A DNA stretch of 64,000 nt. Origin: an uncultured Chloroflexia bacterium (GTDB taxonomy: Bacteria; Chloroflexota; Anaerolineae; Promineifilales; UBA4811). The notes beneath the pieces are model-generated. The model was not told the origin of the DNA and searched no databases. It saw nothing but the letters and a program-made list of their open reading frames with translations. The stretch is taken from assembly GCA_963707345.1 (NCBI GenBank), contig CAVPPE010000003.1, positions 440,426-504,425 on the forward strand, written 5' to 3'. Shown here piece after piece: positions 19,026 to 31,700 of the stretch. Numbering within the stretch: the first letter of the stretch is position 1; every line of letters begins with the position of its first letter. A program made the translations under genes and the position numbers.

Positions 19026-19126
19026 CCAACTGCCTCGGCAGGTGGAAGATGCCAGGGGGAGTGCGGACGCGAAGCGTCCGCACTCCCCCCATCCGACCCC
19101 GCCAAGTCCTTGAGCCGGGCAATTAC
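19026..19126 (+). repeat. ~100-bp dispersed TIR/hairpin repeat, copy B
   Basis: Ends CCAACTGCCTCG...CCGGGCAATTAC; perfect 16-bp stem with GAA loop at 19055-19089. Confidence 0.8.
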
Positions 19127-19157
19127 CTATGGCTGGAAAACCGGATAGGGAAATGAG

Positions 19158-21833
<2,676 letters not shown>

Positions 21834-21854
21834 CGGCCGGCTGTTGCCTGGCTG

Positions 21855-21892
21855 AACAGCTCTCCGAAGGTTCCGCTTTTGGGGAGCTGTTT
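21855..21892. terminator. Hairpin between convergent genes
   Basis: AACAGCTCTCCGAAG...TTTTGGGGAGCTGTT imperfect stem. Confidence 0.5.
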
Positions 21893-21894
21893 CG

Positions 21895-22914
21895 TTAGGG
21901 GGCAATGGCGTCAATGCGCCAGTCGCCGTCTTGGTCGATCAGGGTAATGGTGCGGGTTGCAACCCGGCCTTCTGGAAAGGTGAGTTCGGCACGGACCAGG
22001 ACCCCACCTTTGCCATCCGACCCAATCAGATTAACATAAAACGAGCTATAAAGCTGCTGGACGCCGAGTAGGTCCAGCGACGCCCGGTCCCTCAAGTTGG
22101 TGCTCAGAAACTCGACCCCGGTCCCGCCCCGCAGCACAGTCCCCAGGTATTGCACCGCCACATCTATTGGATCATCCAGATTTGAACTGAGGGTGACAGA
22201 GTTGAGCAGCCGGTCCAGCACAGGCTGCAACGCGACCAACTCGGGTGTGTTCCGGCCGCTCACGTAAATGTCAACCGCCAACTGCGCCTCCGGCCGGAAG
22301 ATGATGTGTTTTTCCACCGCGATTGCTGTATTGTCGACCACCAACTGAACAGTAAATGCGGTCCCTTCGGTCCAGCCCAGGCCTACGCTGGAGGTTTGTA
22401 AAATGCGCGCCCCGGCCGGCAGCAATGCGGCCGGCTCCCAACCCGTTTCAACGCTGCCCCAGGTGACCCCCACCAGCCCGCCCGAGCTTCCCACCCAGCT
22501 CCACTCGTCGTCGCGCCATTGGAGCCAGTCGGCCGGCACTTCAAATGCCAGCCGGATTTCCGGTATCTGTATTCGCTGCCATTCGTCCGGTTGCGCAGCA
22601 GTGGGACGCGGCGTTGGGGTGCGGAGAGTCGCGGTCACGGTGATGGTCAGGGTAGGTGTCACGGCGGCCGGTTGGGTTGCGGTGGGAGGCGGCGCAACTG
22701 TGGATGTTGAGGTCGAGGTTGGGAGCGCGGCTGCGATCTCGATTGGTGCTACGGTTGGAATGGGAGGCGATGCCGAGATAGGGGCATCGGTGGCGGTCTG
22801 GGATTCGACCCGGCCGCTGGCTACTGCCAGGGCCAGCAGGCCGGTCAGTACTGCCAGCAGTGCGCCAACGGCGATCAGGGTGATCAGCGTGAATGGTTTA
22901 GCAATGCGCATCAC
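21895..22914 (-). CDS. Membrane-anchored extracytoplasmic protein with Pro/Thr-rich linker
   Basis: N-terminal TM, P/T stalk, globular C-terminus ending WRIDAI (NTF2-like is a guess). Confidence 0.7.
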   Translation of the reverse strand: MMRIAKPFTLITLIAVGALLAVLTGLLALAVASGRVESQTATDAPISASPPIPTVAPIEIAAALPTSTSTSTVAPPPTATQPAAVTPTLTITVTATLRTPTPRPTAAQPDEWQRIQIPEIRLAFEVPADWLQWRDDEWSWVGSSGGLVGVTWGSVETGWEPAALLPAGARILQTSSVGLGWTEGTAFTVQLVVDNTAIAVEKHIIFRPEAQLAVDIYVSGRNTPELVALQPVLDRLLNSVTLSSNLDDPIDVAVQYLGTVLRGGTGVEFLSTNLRDRASLDLLGVQQLYSSFYVNLIGSDGKGGVLVRAELTFPEGRVATRTITLIDQDGDWRIDAIAP

Positions 22915-22996
22915 GGCGTGATTGTACCAAAAGCGTGCTCTGTGTCACGGGCAGGGGCCTGTTTTGCTGCCGCCTGATACGATTGGTTTTACTCCT

Positions 22997-24228
22997 AAAG
23001 GCCAGCAAGCCCCACTGCTTGCGGTGGGGATGAATGGCCCTTACGCTTGACGGACATTCCGTCATGTACCATCATTTGAGCATGGCGACGAAAACTCTCA
23101 AGTACCGAATCTACCCTAGCAAGGCTCAAAGGACAGCGATGCAAGTCTCGCTCGATGCCTGCCGTTGGGTCTACCACAAGACGTTGGAAGTTCGCCGTGA
23201 TGCTTGGCAAGATAGGCAAGAATCTCTCTCGCTGTATGATACCAACAAGATGCTGACTCAATGGAAACAGGAATATCCCTGGTTGTCTCGGGCTTTCTCC
23301 CAATCTTTGCAGGAGGCCCAGGAGCGCATCGATTTGGCTTTCCAACATTTCTTTCGCCGCTGCCAGAAGGGAGAGAAACCTGGCTATCCTCGCTTCAAGG
23401 GCGACTGGAACAAGTCCTTCGCCTACCAGCAAGCCTGGAATGGCTTTAGTTTCACCGATGATGGCAAGCTCTACCTCTGCAAGATCGGCAACGTCAAGAT
23501 CAAGCTGCATCGTCCCATCGAGGGCCAGGTCAAGCGGCTGATTGTTAAGCGAGATACCCTCGGTAACTGGTATGCCGGTTTCATCGTCGAGTTTGAGCCC
23601 GACTTGCTCTCTCCGACACATCAAGTCGTTGGTGTTGACGTGGGCCTGACTCACTAAAATGGGCGGATACCCTTTCTCTGGCGAGAAGATCGAGAATCCG
23701 CGCAATCTTTCGAAGGACGATAGCTGTATGGCGAAGTCGACGCCGGAATGACCGCAAGCGTACGACCATACGTGTGATGCAACACACCATCACCGTGGGC
23801 ACGCGAAGTCACCGCAAGGGACCTGCGACGAGCTCCAGTCGGCGGTTAGTCAACGAATTTCAGATCATGGCCAGCGAACGACTTGGACATCCGAGATTGA
23901 ACGATGGGAGATAGCCAGGATGACATCGAGTATCGGTGATTCCCGCGTGGCATCAATTGCCCGTGTGGTGGGCAATTCACAACCTATCGCGGCCAGCATG
24001 GTAGGCAGTCTCCACGAGTTGAGCCGCGTAACACCACAGCGAGAGCTCTGGCTGTGGTCAGATTGGCCCAAAGATTGGTCTACTTCGTATCCCGGAAAGT
24101 AGGCGCTGCAGCTGCTGGCCGAGTTCTCGACAGTACATCGTAACATCACCCTGAATAAACTAGCACTGGGCAGTGCTATGGGTTCAAATCCTTAGAAGCC
24201 CCGTCGCTTGCGGCCGGGGAGCATTCAC
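22997..24228 (+). mobile_element. IS200/IS605-family (IS1341-type, tnpB-only) element, decayed
   Basis: Left hairpin AAGCCCCACTGCTTGCGGTGGGGA; right hairpin GAAGCCCCGTCGCTTGCGGCCGGGGAG ending TCAC at 24228; left boundary approximate. Confidence 0.85.
23082..24170 (+). pseudogene. tnpB: RNA-guided endonuclease TnpB pseudogene
   Basis: KTLKYRIYP, GYPRFK and RuvC-I VGVDVGL, then stop at 23655-23657; broken remnants (GEKIENPR, VEPRNTT) downstream. Confidence 0.88.
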
Positions 24229-24294
24229 TGTGAGACAAAGACAGGGCGGCTCCTTGGGGAAAACGCCCTGTCTGGCTTGGTGATGAGAAGGGGT

Positions 24295-24813
24295 TTATTC
24301 GGCTCCTTCTGCGGCCGGGGGAGTAAAGACGCGGGTTGCCATCTCTTTATCCAGCATGTACAGACCCATCTTGCTGCCCTCGATCATCTTGAGTTGGTCG
24401 ACGATCTCTTTGGCGCTGGCCTCTTCTTCAACCTGTTCGTTGATAAACCAGTGGAGCAACGGCCGGCTGGCATAGTCGCCTTCCTCTTGCGCCAGCTTGT
24501 ACAGGTGATTGATAGTGCCGCTGATGTACTTTTCGTGTGCGTAGGCAGCTTCAAATGCCGCCAACACCGATTCGTATGCGGTCTTGGGTTTGTCCAGTGC
24601 GTGGAGCTCCACTTCGCCATCGCGTTCGAAGACAAAGGCGAAAAACTTCATGGCATGGAACAGCTCTTCCTGCGCCTGCACGCGCATCCAGTTGGCGAAA
24701 CCCGGCAGGTTTTGGCTCTCAAAATAAGCCGCCATCCCCAGGTAAATGTACGACGAGTTCAGTTCGTTCTTGATTTGAGCGTTGAAACCGTTGACCAGTC
24801 TTTCACTTAGCAT
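24295..24813 (-). CDS. ftnA: Non-heme ferritin
   Basis: NELNSSYIYL, QAQEELFHAMK and WFINEQVEEE ferroxidase residues. Confidence 0.93.
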   Translation of the reverse strand: MLSERLVNGFNAQIKNELNSSYIYLGMAAYFESQNLPGFANWMRVQAQEELFHAMKFFAFVFERDGEVELHALDKPKTAYESVLAAFEAAYAHEKYISGTINHLYKLAQEEGDYASRPLLHWFINEQVEEEASAKEIVDQLKMIEGSKMGLYMLDKEMATRVFTPPAAEGAE

Positions 24814-24940
24814 GATTGTTCTCCTTAATTGAAACAAGCTTTGTCAATCGCAAGCTATTTTACCACATTTTTATATGATGATTGTTAAAAATTCCCAGTG
24901 TCCCAGGAATCCGGTGATCATGGGGGCGCAATGACTCGAG

Positions 24941-27190
24941 CTATCCAGCGCGCTCTTGCGCGTCGACGACGGCCAGTGCGGCTATATTGACGATATCGCG
25001 CACCTCATCTCCCCGTTGTAGCACGTGGACCGGCCGGCGCATCCCCATCAGCACCGGGCCGATGGTTTCCGCGCCGCCCAGTCGTTGGAGTAGTTTGTAG
25101 GCCACATTGGCCGATTCCAGGTTGGGGAAGATGAGCACGTTAGCGTCTCGCACCTGGCTAAAGGGGTACAGCGAGTCGATCATCTCCGGTACCACGGCCG
25201 TGTCGGCCATCATCTCGCCGTCAATGACCAGTTCCGGCCGGCGTTCGCGCACCAGCCTCACCGCCTCTCGCACCTTGTCCGCGAACGGGTGCCGGGTGCT
25301 GCCAAAGTTGGAAAAGCTGATCATCGCAATGCGTGGCTCAATGTCAAATCGCCGGGCTTCATGGGCCGTCATGATAGCGATTTCGGCCAGATCCTCGGCG
25401 CTGGGGTCGATGTTGACCGTTGGGTCCGCAAAAAAGTAGACCTTGTCGCGTACGATCACAATGTACATGCCTGCCACCTTGTGGACTTTTTTGGCGACTC
25501 CAACAACCTCCAGCGCCGGCCGGATGACATCTGGGTAATTGTGGTTCAATCCGGAGACAAACGCGTCGGCTTGTCCCTTCAGCACCATCATCGGGCCAAA
25601 GTAACTCCGCCGCCGCATGCACGATTGGGCGCGGGATGGGGTGACCCCTTTGCGCTGGCGGAGTTCAAAGAAGGCCTGGCAGTAGGCCTCAAATCGCTTG
25701 CTGTTGCGCGGGTTGATTATTCTCGGCTCGAAATCCAACCCCAGCTCGGCGATTCTCGGCCGGATGACCTTTTTCCGGCCGAGCAGGATCGGTTGGCCGA
25801 TTCCTTGCTCGACAATGGCGGCGGCCGCGCGGATGACCTTGGGGTCTTCGCCCTCGCCGAAAACCACCCGCTTGGGGTCGCTCTGCGCCTTGCTGATGAT
25901 GGTCCGCATCAATTCCCACCCCTTACCCAACCGCGCCTCCAATTGCCGCCGGTAAGCCTCCATGTCCACCGGCCGCCGGGCTACGCCGCTCTGCATGGCC
26001 GCTTCGGCCACGGCCGGGGCGACCCACAGCAGTACGCGGGGGTCAAACGGTTTGGGAATGATATAGTCCGGGCCAAAGCGGAGCGCCCGCAGGTTGTAGG
26101 CCTTGAGCACCGAGTCGGGCACGTCTTCCCGGGCCAGCGCGGACAGGGCCTTGGCGGCCGCCAGCTTCATCTCTTCGTTGATGGTGGTGGCGCGGACGTC
26201 CAGCGCACCGCGAAAGATAAAGGGAAACCCCAGCACGTTGTTGACCTGGTTTGGAAAGTCGCTTCGGCCGGTGGCCATGATCAAGTCCGGCCGGGCCTCT
26301 TTGGCCAAGTCGTATTTGATCTCCGGGTCGGGGTTGGCCATGGCAAAGATGACCGGATTGTCGGCCATCGAGCGAACCATCTCCTGAGTCACGACATCCT
26401 TCACCGAGAGCCCGATAAACACATCGGCCTTTTTGAGAGCGTCCTCCAGCGTGCGCGCCTCTGTCTCGCGAGCAAAGCGGGCCTTGAATTCGTTCATCCC
26501 CTCGCTCCGGCCGGCGTAGATCACCCCGGCCGAGTCACACATGGTGATGTTCTCCCGCTGGACGCCGCCCAGGACGATCATCTCCGCGCAGGCAATGGCG
26601 GCTGCGCCCGCACCGTTGAACACCACCCGCACTGCCCCGGCCGTCTTGCCCACGATTTCCAGCACGTTGAGCAGGCCTGCGGTGACGATGATTGCGGTGC
26701 CGTGCTGATCGTCGTGAAAAACCGGGATGTCCAGCATTTCCTTTAACCGTTGCTCAATGTAAAAGCACTCGGGGGCTTTGATGTCCTCCAGGTTGATGCC
26801 GCCAAAGGTGGGAGCGATGGCGCGCACCACGGTGATGACCTCCTCGGGGTCTTCCGTGTCTACCTCAATGTCAAACACGTCAATATCGGCAAAGCGCTTA
26901 AAGAGCACTCCCTTGCCTTCCATCACCGGCTTGGAGGCCAGCGCCCCCCGGTTGCCCAGGCCCAGGATGGCCGTTCCATTGGAGACCACCGCCACCAGGT
27001 TTCCCTTGCTGGTGTAGCGGTAAGCATCTTCCGGGTTTTCGGCTATCTCCAGAACTGGGATGGCTACGCCGGGAGTGTAGGCAAGCGAAAGGTCCAGTTG
27101 GGTGCGAGTAGGTTTGGTGGAGATGACTTCAATCTTGCCCGGCCGGCCTTCGGCATGGTAAGCCAGTGCATTGTCTTTTGTTATTTTCAT
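24941..27190 (-). CDS. maeB: NADP-dependent malic enzyme with PTA domain
   Basis: [28 protein letters not shown]; C-terminal phosphotransacetylase-like domain. Confidence 0.95.
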   Translation of the reverse strand: MKITKDNALAYHAEGRPGKIEVISTKPTRTQLDLSLAYTPGVAIPVLEIAENPEDAYRYTSKGNLVAVVSNGTAILGLGNRGALASKPVMEGKGVLFKRFADIDVFDIEVDTEDPEEVITVVRAIAPTFGGINLEDIKAPECFYIEQRLKEMLDIPVFHDDQHGTAIIVTAGLLNVLEIVGKTAGAVRVVFNGAGAAAIACAEMIVLGGVQRENITMCDSAGVIYAGRSEGMNEFKARFARETEARTLEDALKKADVFIGLSVKDVVTQEMVRSMADNPVIFAMANPDPEIKYDLAKEARPDLIMATGRSDFPNQVNNVLGFPFIFRGALDVRATTINEEMKLAAAKALSALAREDVPDSVLKAYNLRALRFGPDYIIPKPFDPRVLLWVAPAVAEAAMQSGVARRPVDMEAYRRQLEARLGKGWELMRTIISKAQSDPKRVVFGEGEDPKVIRAAAAIVEQGIGQPILLGRKKVIRPRIAELGLDFEPRIINPRNSKRFEAYCQAFFELRQRKGVTPSRAQSCMRRRSYFGPMMVLKGQADAFVSGLNHNYPDVIRPALEVVGVAKKVHKVAGMYIVIVRDKVYFFADPTVNIDPSAEDLAEIAIMTAHEARRFDIEPRIAMISFSNFGSTRHPFADKVREAVRLVRERRPELVIDGEMMADTAVVPEMIDSLYPFSQVRDANVLIFPNLESANVAYKLLQRLGGAETIGPVLMGMRRPVHVLQRGDEVRDIVNIAALAVVDAQERAG

Positions 27191-27269
27191 GGTGCCCACT
27201 CCTTGGGGTACTTGCGGGATACGTACTGTTATTCTACTCTCAAGATGGGTGGGCAGCCAGTGAAAAAGG

Positions 27270-29420
27270 TCACATTGTCACCCGCCGCATGCGCATACCG
27301 TTGAGGATTACGGCGACGGATGCGCCGACATCGGCGACAATGGCCAACCAGAGCGTTGCCAGCCCGGCCGCCGCCAGCGCAAACACAATCGCTTTGACCA
27401 CCAGCGCAAAGACAATGTTGGCGCGGATGGTCTGCCGGGTTTTCCGCCCCAGCCAGATCACAAATGGGAGTTGGGTCAGATCGTCGCCCATCAGCACCAC
27501 ATCGGCCGTTTCCATGGCCTGGGCGGACCCCGCGCCGCCCATGGCTATCCCCACCTCGGCTTGAGCCAGCGCCGGAGCATCGTTGACCCCATCGCCGACC
27601 ATGGCGACCGGTCCAAACCTGTCCGCCAATTTTGCAATGGCAGCCATCTTGTGCTCCGGCAGCAGCTCCGCCAGCACCTGATCCAGCCCTAATTCCCGGC
27701 CGATGGCTTGCGCGACCACCTGGCTATCGCCGGTGAGCATGGCGGTGTGCAGTTGCTCCGCTTTTAGCTGGCTCACCACGGCGCAACTCTTGGGGCGCGG
27801 GGTGTCGGCTACAGCGAACAGCCCGCAAACCTGGTTGCCGTGTTGCACCAGCATCACTGTTTTGCCCTCCGCCGCCAACTCTTCAGCCCGACGGCAGATC
27901 TCGGGTTCGTGGGGAAAGTGCCGGTCAAAGTGGGCGTGGCTGCCCACGGTGACCGTGGTATTGTTGATCGTCCCTTCAATGCCCCGGCCGCCCAGCACGG
28001 TCACGTCGCCGGCCGGGGCCAGCGCCACCTGACGGCGCTCTGCCTCTGCCAGCAGCGCGCGGGCCAGCGGATGGGACGACTGGGCTTCCAGTGAAGCGGC
28101 GTGGCGCAAGCCGCAATTCTCCGGGCACTCTCCGCAGGTGCACACGTCCAGGATGTCGGTGGCGACCGGCCTGCCGGCCGTGAGGGTGCCGGTCTTGTCA
28201 AATGCAAACACCCGCACCCTGCCGAGCGCATCCAGATAGCGCCCGCCCTTGATGAGCACGCCGCGGGAGGCGGCGTTGGTCATGGCGCTGACCACGCTGA
28301 CTGGAGTGCTAATGACCAGTGCACAGGGGCAGGCGATCACCAGCATTTGCAGTGCCCGCATCAGCCAACCCTGCGGGCCCCAGAATGGTTGCCCAAAGAG
28401 GAGTGGGGGCAGGGCGGCAACCAGCACGGCCGCCACAGCGACGGCCGGGGTGTACACACGGGCAAAGCGGTCGACGAAGCGTTGCACCGGCGCGTGGCGC
28501 GACCGGGCCTGCTGGACCAGCGCCACCATCCGGTTGAGCGTATTGTCGGCCGCCAAGTGAGTGACTCGGACTTGCAGCGCGCCGCTGCCATTGACCGTGC
28601 CGGCAAAGACCTGGTCGCTTGGCTCCTTTTCCACCGGCATGCTCTCCCCGGTGATGGGCGACTGGTCCACGGTGCTCCGGCCGGAGAGCACCACGCCATC
28701 CACGCTCACCCGGTCGCCCGGCCGGACCAGCACGTGATCTCCTACGGCCAACAATTCCACCGCAAGCTCCTGCAAACCCCCGTCGGGCAGCAACTTGTGG
28801 GCCATGGCTGGGGCCAGGTCCAGCAATGACGCCAGCGCGCCGCGCGCCCGATCGGCCGCATACCCCTCCAGCGCTTCTCCCAATGCAAAGAGGACCACCA
28901 CCACGGCCGCTTCGCCCCATTCGCCAATCACGGTCGCGCCGGTGACGGCGATAACCATCAGCGTGTTGATCCCCAGTGTGCGGCCACGCAACTCCCGCCA
29001 CGCTTGCTGCGCCACGGGAATCCCACCGACTGCAATGACGGCCGCAAATGTGCCTCTGGCGACGGCCGGGAGGCGAGCCAGGGACAGCACGAATCCCACC
29101 AAGGCCAGCAGCGCAGCGCCGGCGGTGAGGCCGGTGGCGGGAGAGGAAAAGAGGAATCGCAGAAAGCCCAATACCGGCCGGGCCTCTAACTGTCGGTGTT
29201 GCACCAGTCGGTGCCCGGTGGCGCTGACGGCGGCGCGGATCTGCTCGATCTCCGGCCGGCGGACACCAAAGGAGACGGTCAGCGTGCCGGCCGCCAGGTC
29301 CACCTGGCTATTGGCGACGCCTTCGATTTTGGCAACGGTCGCACGGACCTGCTCAGCGCAGTCCGCTCAAGTGAGCCCGGCTATGGTGTAGGTCTGCGTA
29401 TTGAGTTCTGTCTCAGTCAA
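27270..29420 (-). CDS. zntA: P1B-2 heavy-metal (Zn/Cd/Pb) P-type ATPase; N-terminal HMA domain with in-frame TGA (probable selenocysteine at codon 18)
   Basis: TGES, CPC, DKTGT, GDGVND, M7 Lys and M8 ADVG; upstream in-frame TTG with AGGAG RBS gives YTIAGLT-(TGA 29369-29367)-ADCAEQV. Confidence 0.85.
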
Positions 29421-29464
29421 ATCGGTGCTCCTGGTTCATCTCATCTGATCGCGTTTATGGCCCG

Positions 29465-29496
29465 ATTGTACACCTTCAAGTCGAGTTGAAGGTCAA
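29465..29496 (-). promoter_or_regulatory. MerR-type promoter/operator for the ATPase
   Basis: TTGACC-20 bp-TACAAT with dyad ACCTTCAA-N6-TTGAAGGT (29472-29493). Confidence 0.88.
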
Positions 29497-30245
29497 GGGT
29501 TGGGAGCTGACTCTTTCTCCAGGGCCAGAAAGAGTTGGGCAAAAAGAAAGGCATTGTCCCCATGGGCGATCAGCAGAGAGCCTTCAGGGTGGGATGCAAT
29601 CTGCGGTGCAGGATGGACCTGGCACTGGGACTCTAGTCCGGCCAACTCTTCCAGTGCGGCTCGGACCATCGGTTCCTGGCTTACAACCAGAATGTGATAG
29701 CTGGTTCCCGCCTGCCAGATGTGAACGTGACAACCGTGGAGCGGCTCCAACAGGCTCTGCGCCTCGGCCGAGCCCAGGCTACACCCGGTGCGTTGGACGA
29801 GCCATTCCAGAACCGTGTCCGCGTGGCCGGTGGACGTCGGGTCGGCACACACCTGGTTGAGCAGGCGCTCATAAAGCGATTCGGCCGCCTGGTTTGTCTG
29901 TCGCTCGCTCAGTTCCAGCAGCAGGTGCTCCAATTCGTGCCGCTGGACCATCAGCTCGGTCAACTGGCGTTCCAGTTCCAGGAACCGGTTTTCGGCCAGT
30001 GCGACGACCTCGGCCGTGCATGGGCCCTGCAGCAGCGCCTTGATATCGCCCAGCGAAAAACCTAGCCGCTGGGCCTGCTGGATAAAGCGCAGCGCCTGTT
30101 CCGCTTGTGGGTGAAAGAGCCGGTAGCCGGCCGCGCTCCGGCCGGCAGGGGCCAGCAATCCTTGCTCCTCGTAATAGCGGAGCGCGGATGTCCGCAGGCC
30201 GACCCGTTTGGCTAGCTGCCCGATGGTCAGCAAGGCGGAGGTCAC
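29493..30245 (-). CDS. MerR family transcriptional regulator with long Cys/His-containing C-terminal domain
   Basis: LTIGQLAKRVGLRTSALRYYEEQGLL...GYRLF...AQRLGFSLGDIK. Confidence 0.9.
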   Translation of the reverse strand: MTSALLTIGQLAKRVGLRTSALRYYEEQGLLAPAGRSAAGYRLFHPQAEQALRFIQQAQRLGFSLGDIKALLQGPCTAEVVALAENRFLELERQLTELMVQRHELEHLLLELSERQTNQAAESLYERLLNQVCADPTSTGHADTVLEWLVQRTGCSLGSAEAQSLLEPLHGCHVHIWQAGTSYHILVVSQEPMVRAALEELAGLESQCQVHPAPQIASHPEGSLLIAHGDNAFLFAQLFLALEKESAPNP

Positions 30246-30263
30246 GATAGAGACCTGGTGTGG

Positions 30264-30686
30264 CTAAATGAACAGGGTGATGGAAGAATCTCGCGCCTCT
30301 TTGATGTACATGCCCACCGCGCCGTATTCGTCAATCCATTCCTGGCGCAGCGCCCCTTTGCTGATGCCCATGATCTCCATGGTCATTTCGCAGGCAATGA
30401 CCTTGCCGCCCAACTCCTTAAAGTCATTCATCAACCGTTCCAGGGTGGCGACGTTGGCCTTTTTCATGCGCTGCTCGATCATCCATTTGCCCAGGCCAAG
30501 CATGTGCATCTTGGACAGCGGGCCTTTTGTGATGCCGCCTTTTTGCAGCCGTTGGAGTCCCCAAAAGGTAAAGTAGATGGACGCTTCCATCCCCATGGCC
30601 AGCGCTCCGTTGCCGATGATGAGCGCGCTGTACACTTTGTCCATGTCCCCGCTATGCAAGACGATTGTGGTTCGTTCGGTCTTCAT
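30264..30686 (-). CDS. DsrE/DrsH-like (DsrE2/YrkE type) sulfur carrier
   Basis: SGDMDK...IYFTFWGL...IACEMTM. Confidence 0.88.
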   Translation of the reverse strand: MKTERTTIVLHSGDMDKVYSALIIGNGALAMGMEASIYFTFWGLQRLQKGGITKGPLSKMHMLGLGKWMIEQRMKKANVATLERLMNDFKELGGKVIACEMTMEIMGISKGALRQEWIDEYGAVGMYIKEARDSSITLFI

Positions 30687-30753
30687 GTTCTCCTCCGGTG
30701 AGCGACGAACGACGGATGCCCGCCCTTTGTCGTACGTCCTTCGTCTTCCGTCC

Positions 30754-30975
30754 CTATCGTTGGATTTGGATAACCCAGTCGGTGTCGGTTCCTTCAACGC
30801 TGAGCAGTTCCAACTCCAGCGCCTCAGCCGCCATCGGGATCTCTACTTTAGATGCAGGGTGGGTCCCCACTACCTTGATTACGTCACCCGGTGCGGCCTT
30901 GCGCACCGCTTTGCGTGTCTCTACCAGCGGAACGGGGCAGGTCTCCCCACGTACATCAACTAGAATCTCGGTCAT
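30754..30975 (-). CDS. TusA/SirA family sulfur carrier
   Basis: VDVRGETCPVP motif; AAGGAG RBS. Confidence 0.92.
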   Translation of the reverse strand: MTEILVDVRGETCPVPLVETRKAVRKAAPGDVIKVVGTHPASKVEIPMAAEALELELLSVEGTDTDWVIQIQR

Positions 30976-31033
30976 GTTGTCTCCTTGTCGTGATAGCTCG
31001 GCTCAATTCCCCGGTTGCCTGAGCTGTTACTTC

Positions 31034-31699
31034 TCACCTTATCATTGGTAACGGGGGAAGTGCTTCTTTGTCAAATTGAACGATGACCTCGGTTACATCC
31101 CAGAGGTGTGCGATTTTTTCCTCTATTTCCTCGCGAATGTTGGCTGCAAACTGGTGAGTGGGGGGCAGGACTATTTCCACCCGCACCCGGCCGTCCTCGA
31201 CCTCGACCTCTTTCACCAGCTTGGTTCGCACCAGGTCCAGGCCCACCATCGGGTTCATGACTCGCTTGAGTCGTTTATAGACGACCTCGGTTGTGGTGGG
31301 GGTGCGCTCTTTGACCAAACCATGCTTTTCTTCGTAATTTTCGATAGCCGCCCGCAGCGAGTCGATGGCCAGCACCGAACAATGGACCTTGATGGATGGC
31401 AACCCGCCCAACGCGTCTGAAATGTCCTGCCAGGTCATGTTCTTGGCTTCGTCCAGGGTTTTGCCCTTGGCCATTTCGGTGATGATGGAGGCGGTGGCAA
31501 TGTTGGATGCGCAGCCATACGATTCAAAAGTGGCCTGAGTGATGGTGTGGGTCTCTGAATCGACCTTGAGATAAACGGCTACCATATCACCGCAGGCCGG
31601 GCTTCCCTCGACTGCTTTGGCGTCGGGGTCCTCAATCCGGCCGACGTTGCGCGGATTGCGGAAATGTTCCATCACGATGTCAGAATAGGGGATTGGCAT
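31034..31699 (-). CDS. IscU/NifU-N scaffold fused to a degenerate DUF59-like domain
   Basis: EHFRNPRNVG, PACGD, YGCAS, KVHCS; C-terminus LKRVMNPMVGLDLV...VRVEI. Confidence 0.85.
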   Translation of the reverse strand: MPIPYSDIVMEHFRNPRNVGRIEDPDAKAVEGSPACGDMVAVYLKVDSETHTITQATFESYGCASNIATASIITEMAKGKTLDEAKNMTWQDISDALGGLPSIKVHCSVLAIDSLRAAIENYEEKHGLVKERTPTTTEVVYKRLKRVMNPMVGLDLVRTKLVKEVEVEDGRVRVEIVLPPTHQFAANIREEIEEKIAHLWDVTEVIVQFDKEALPPLPMIR

Positions 31700-31700
31700 A

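Noticed and set aside
24840-24895. Fur or other iron box upstream of ferritin
   Set aside because: AT-rich, but I could not find a convincing dyad.
29301-29303. ORF-track start of the ATPase at 29303
   Set aside because: It falls mid-HMA domain with no RBS; the promoter and RBS point to 29420.
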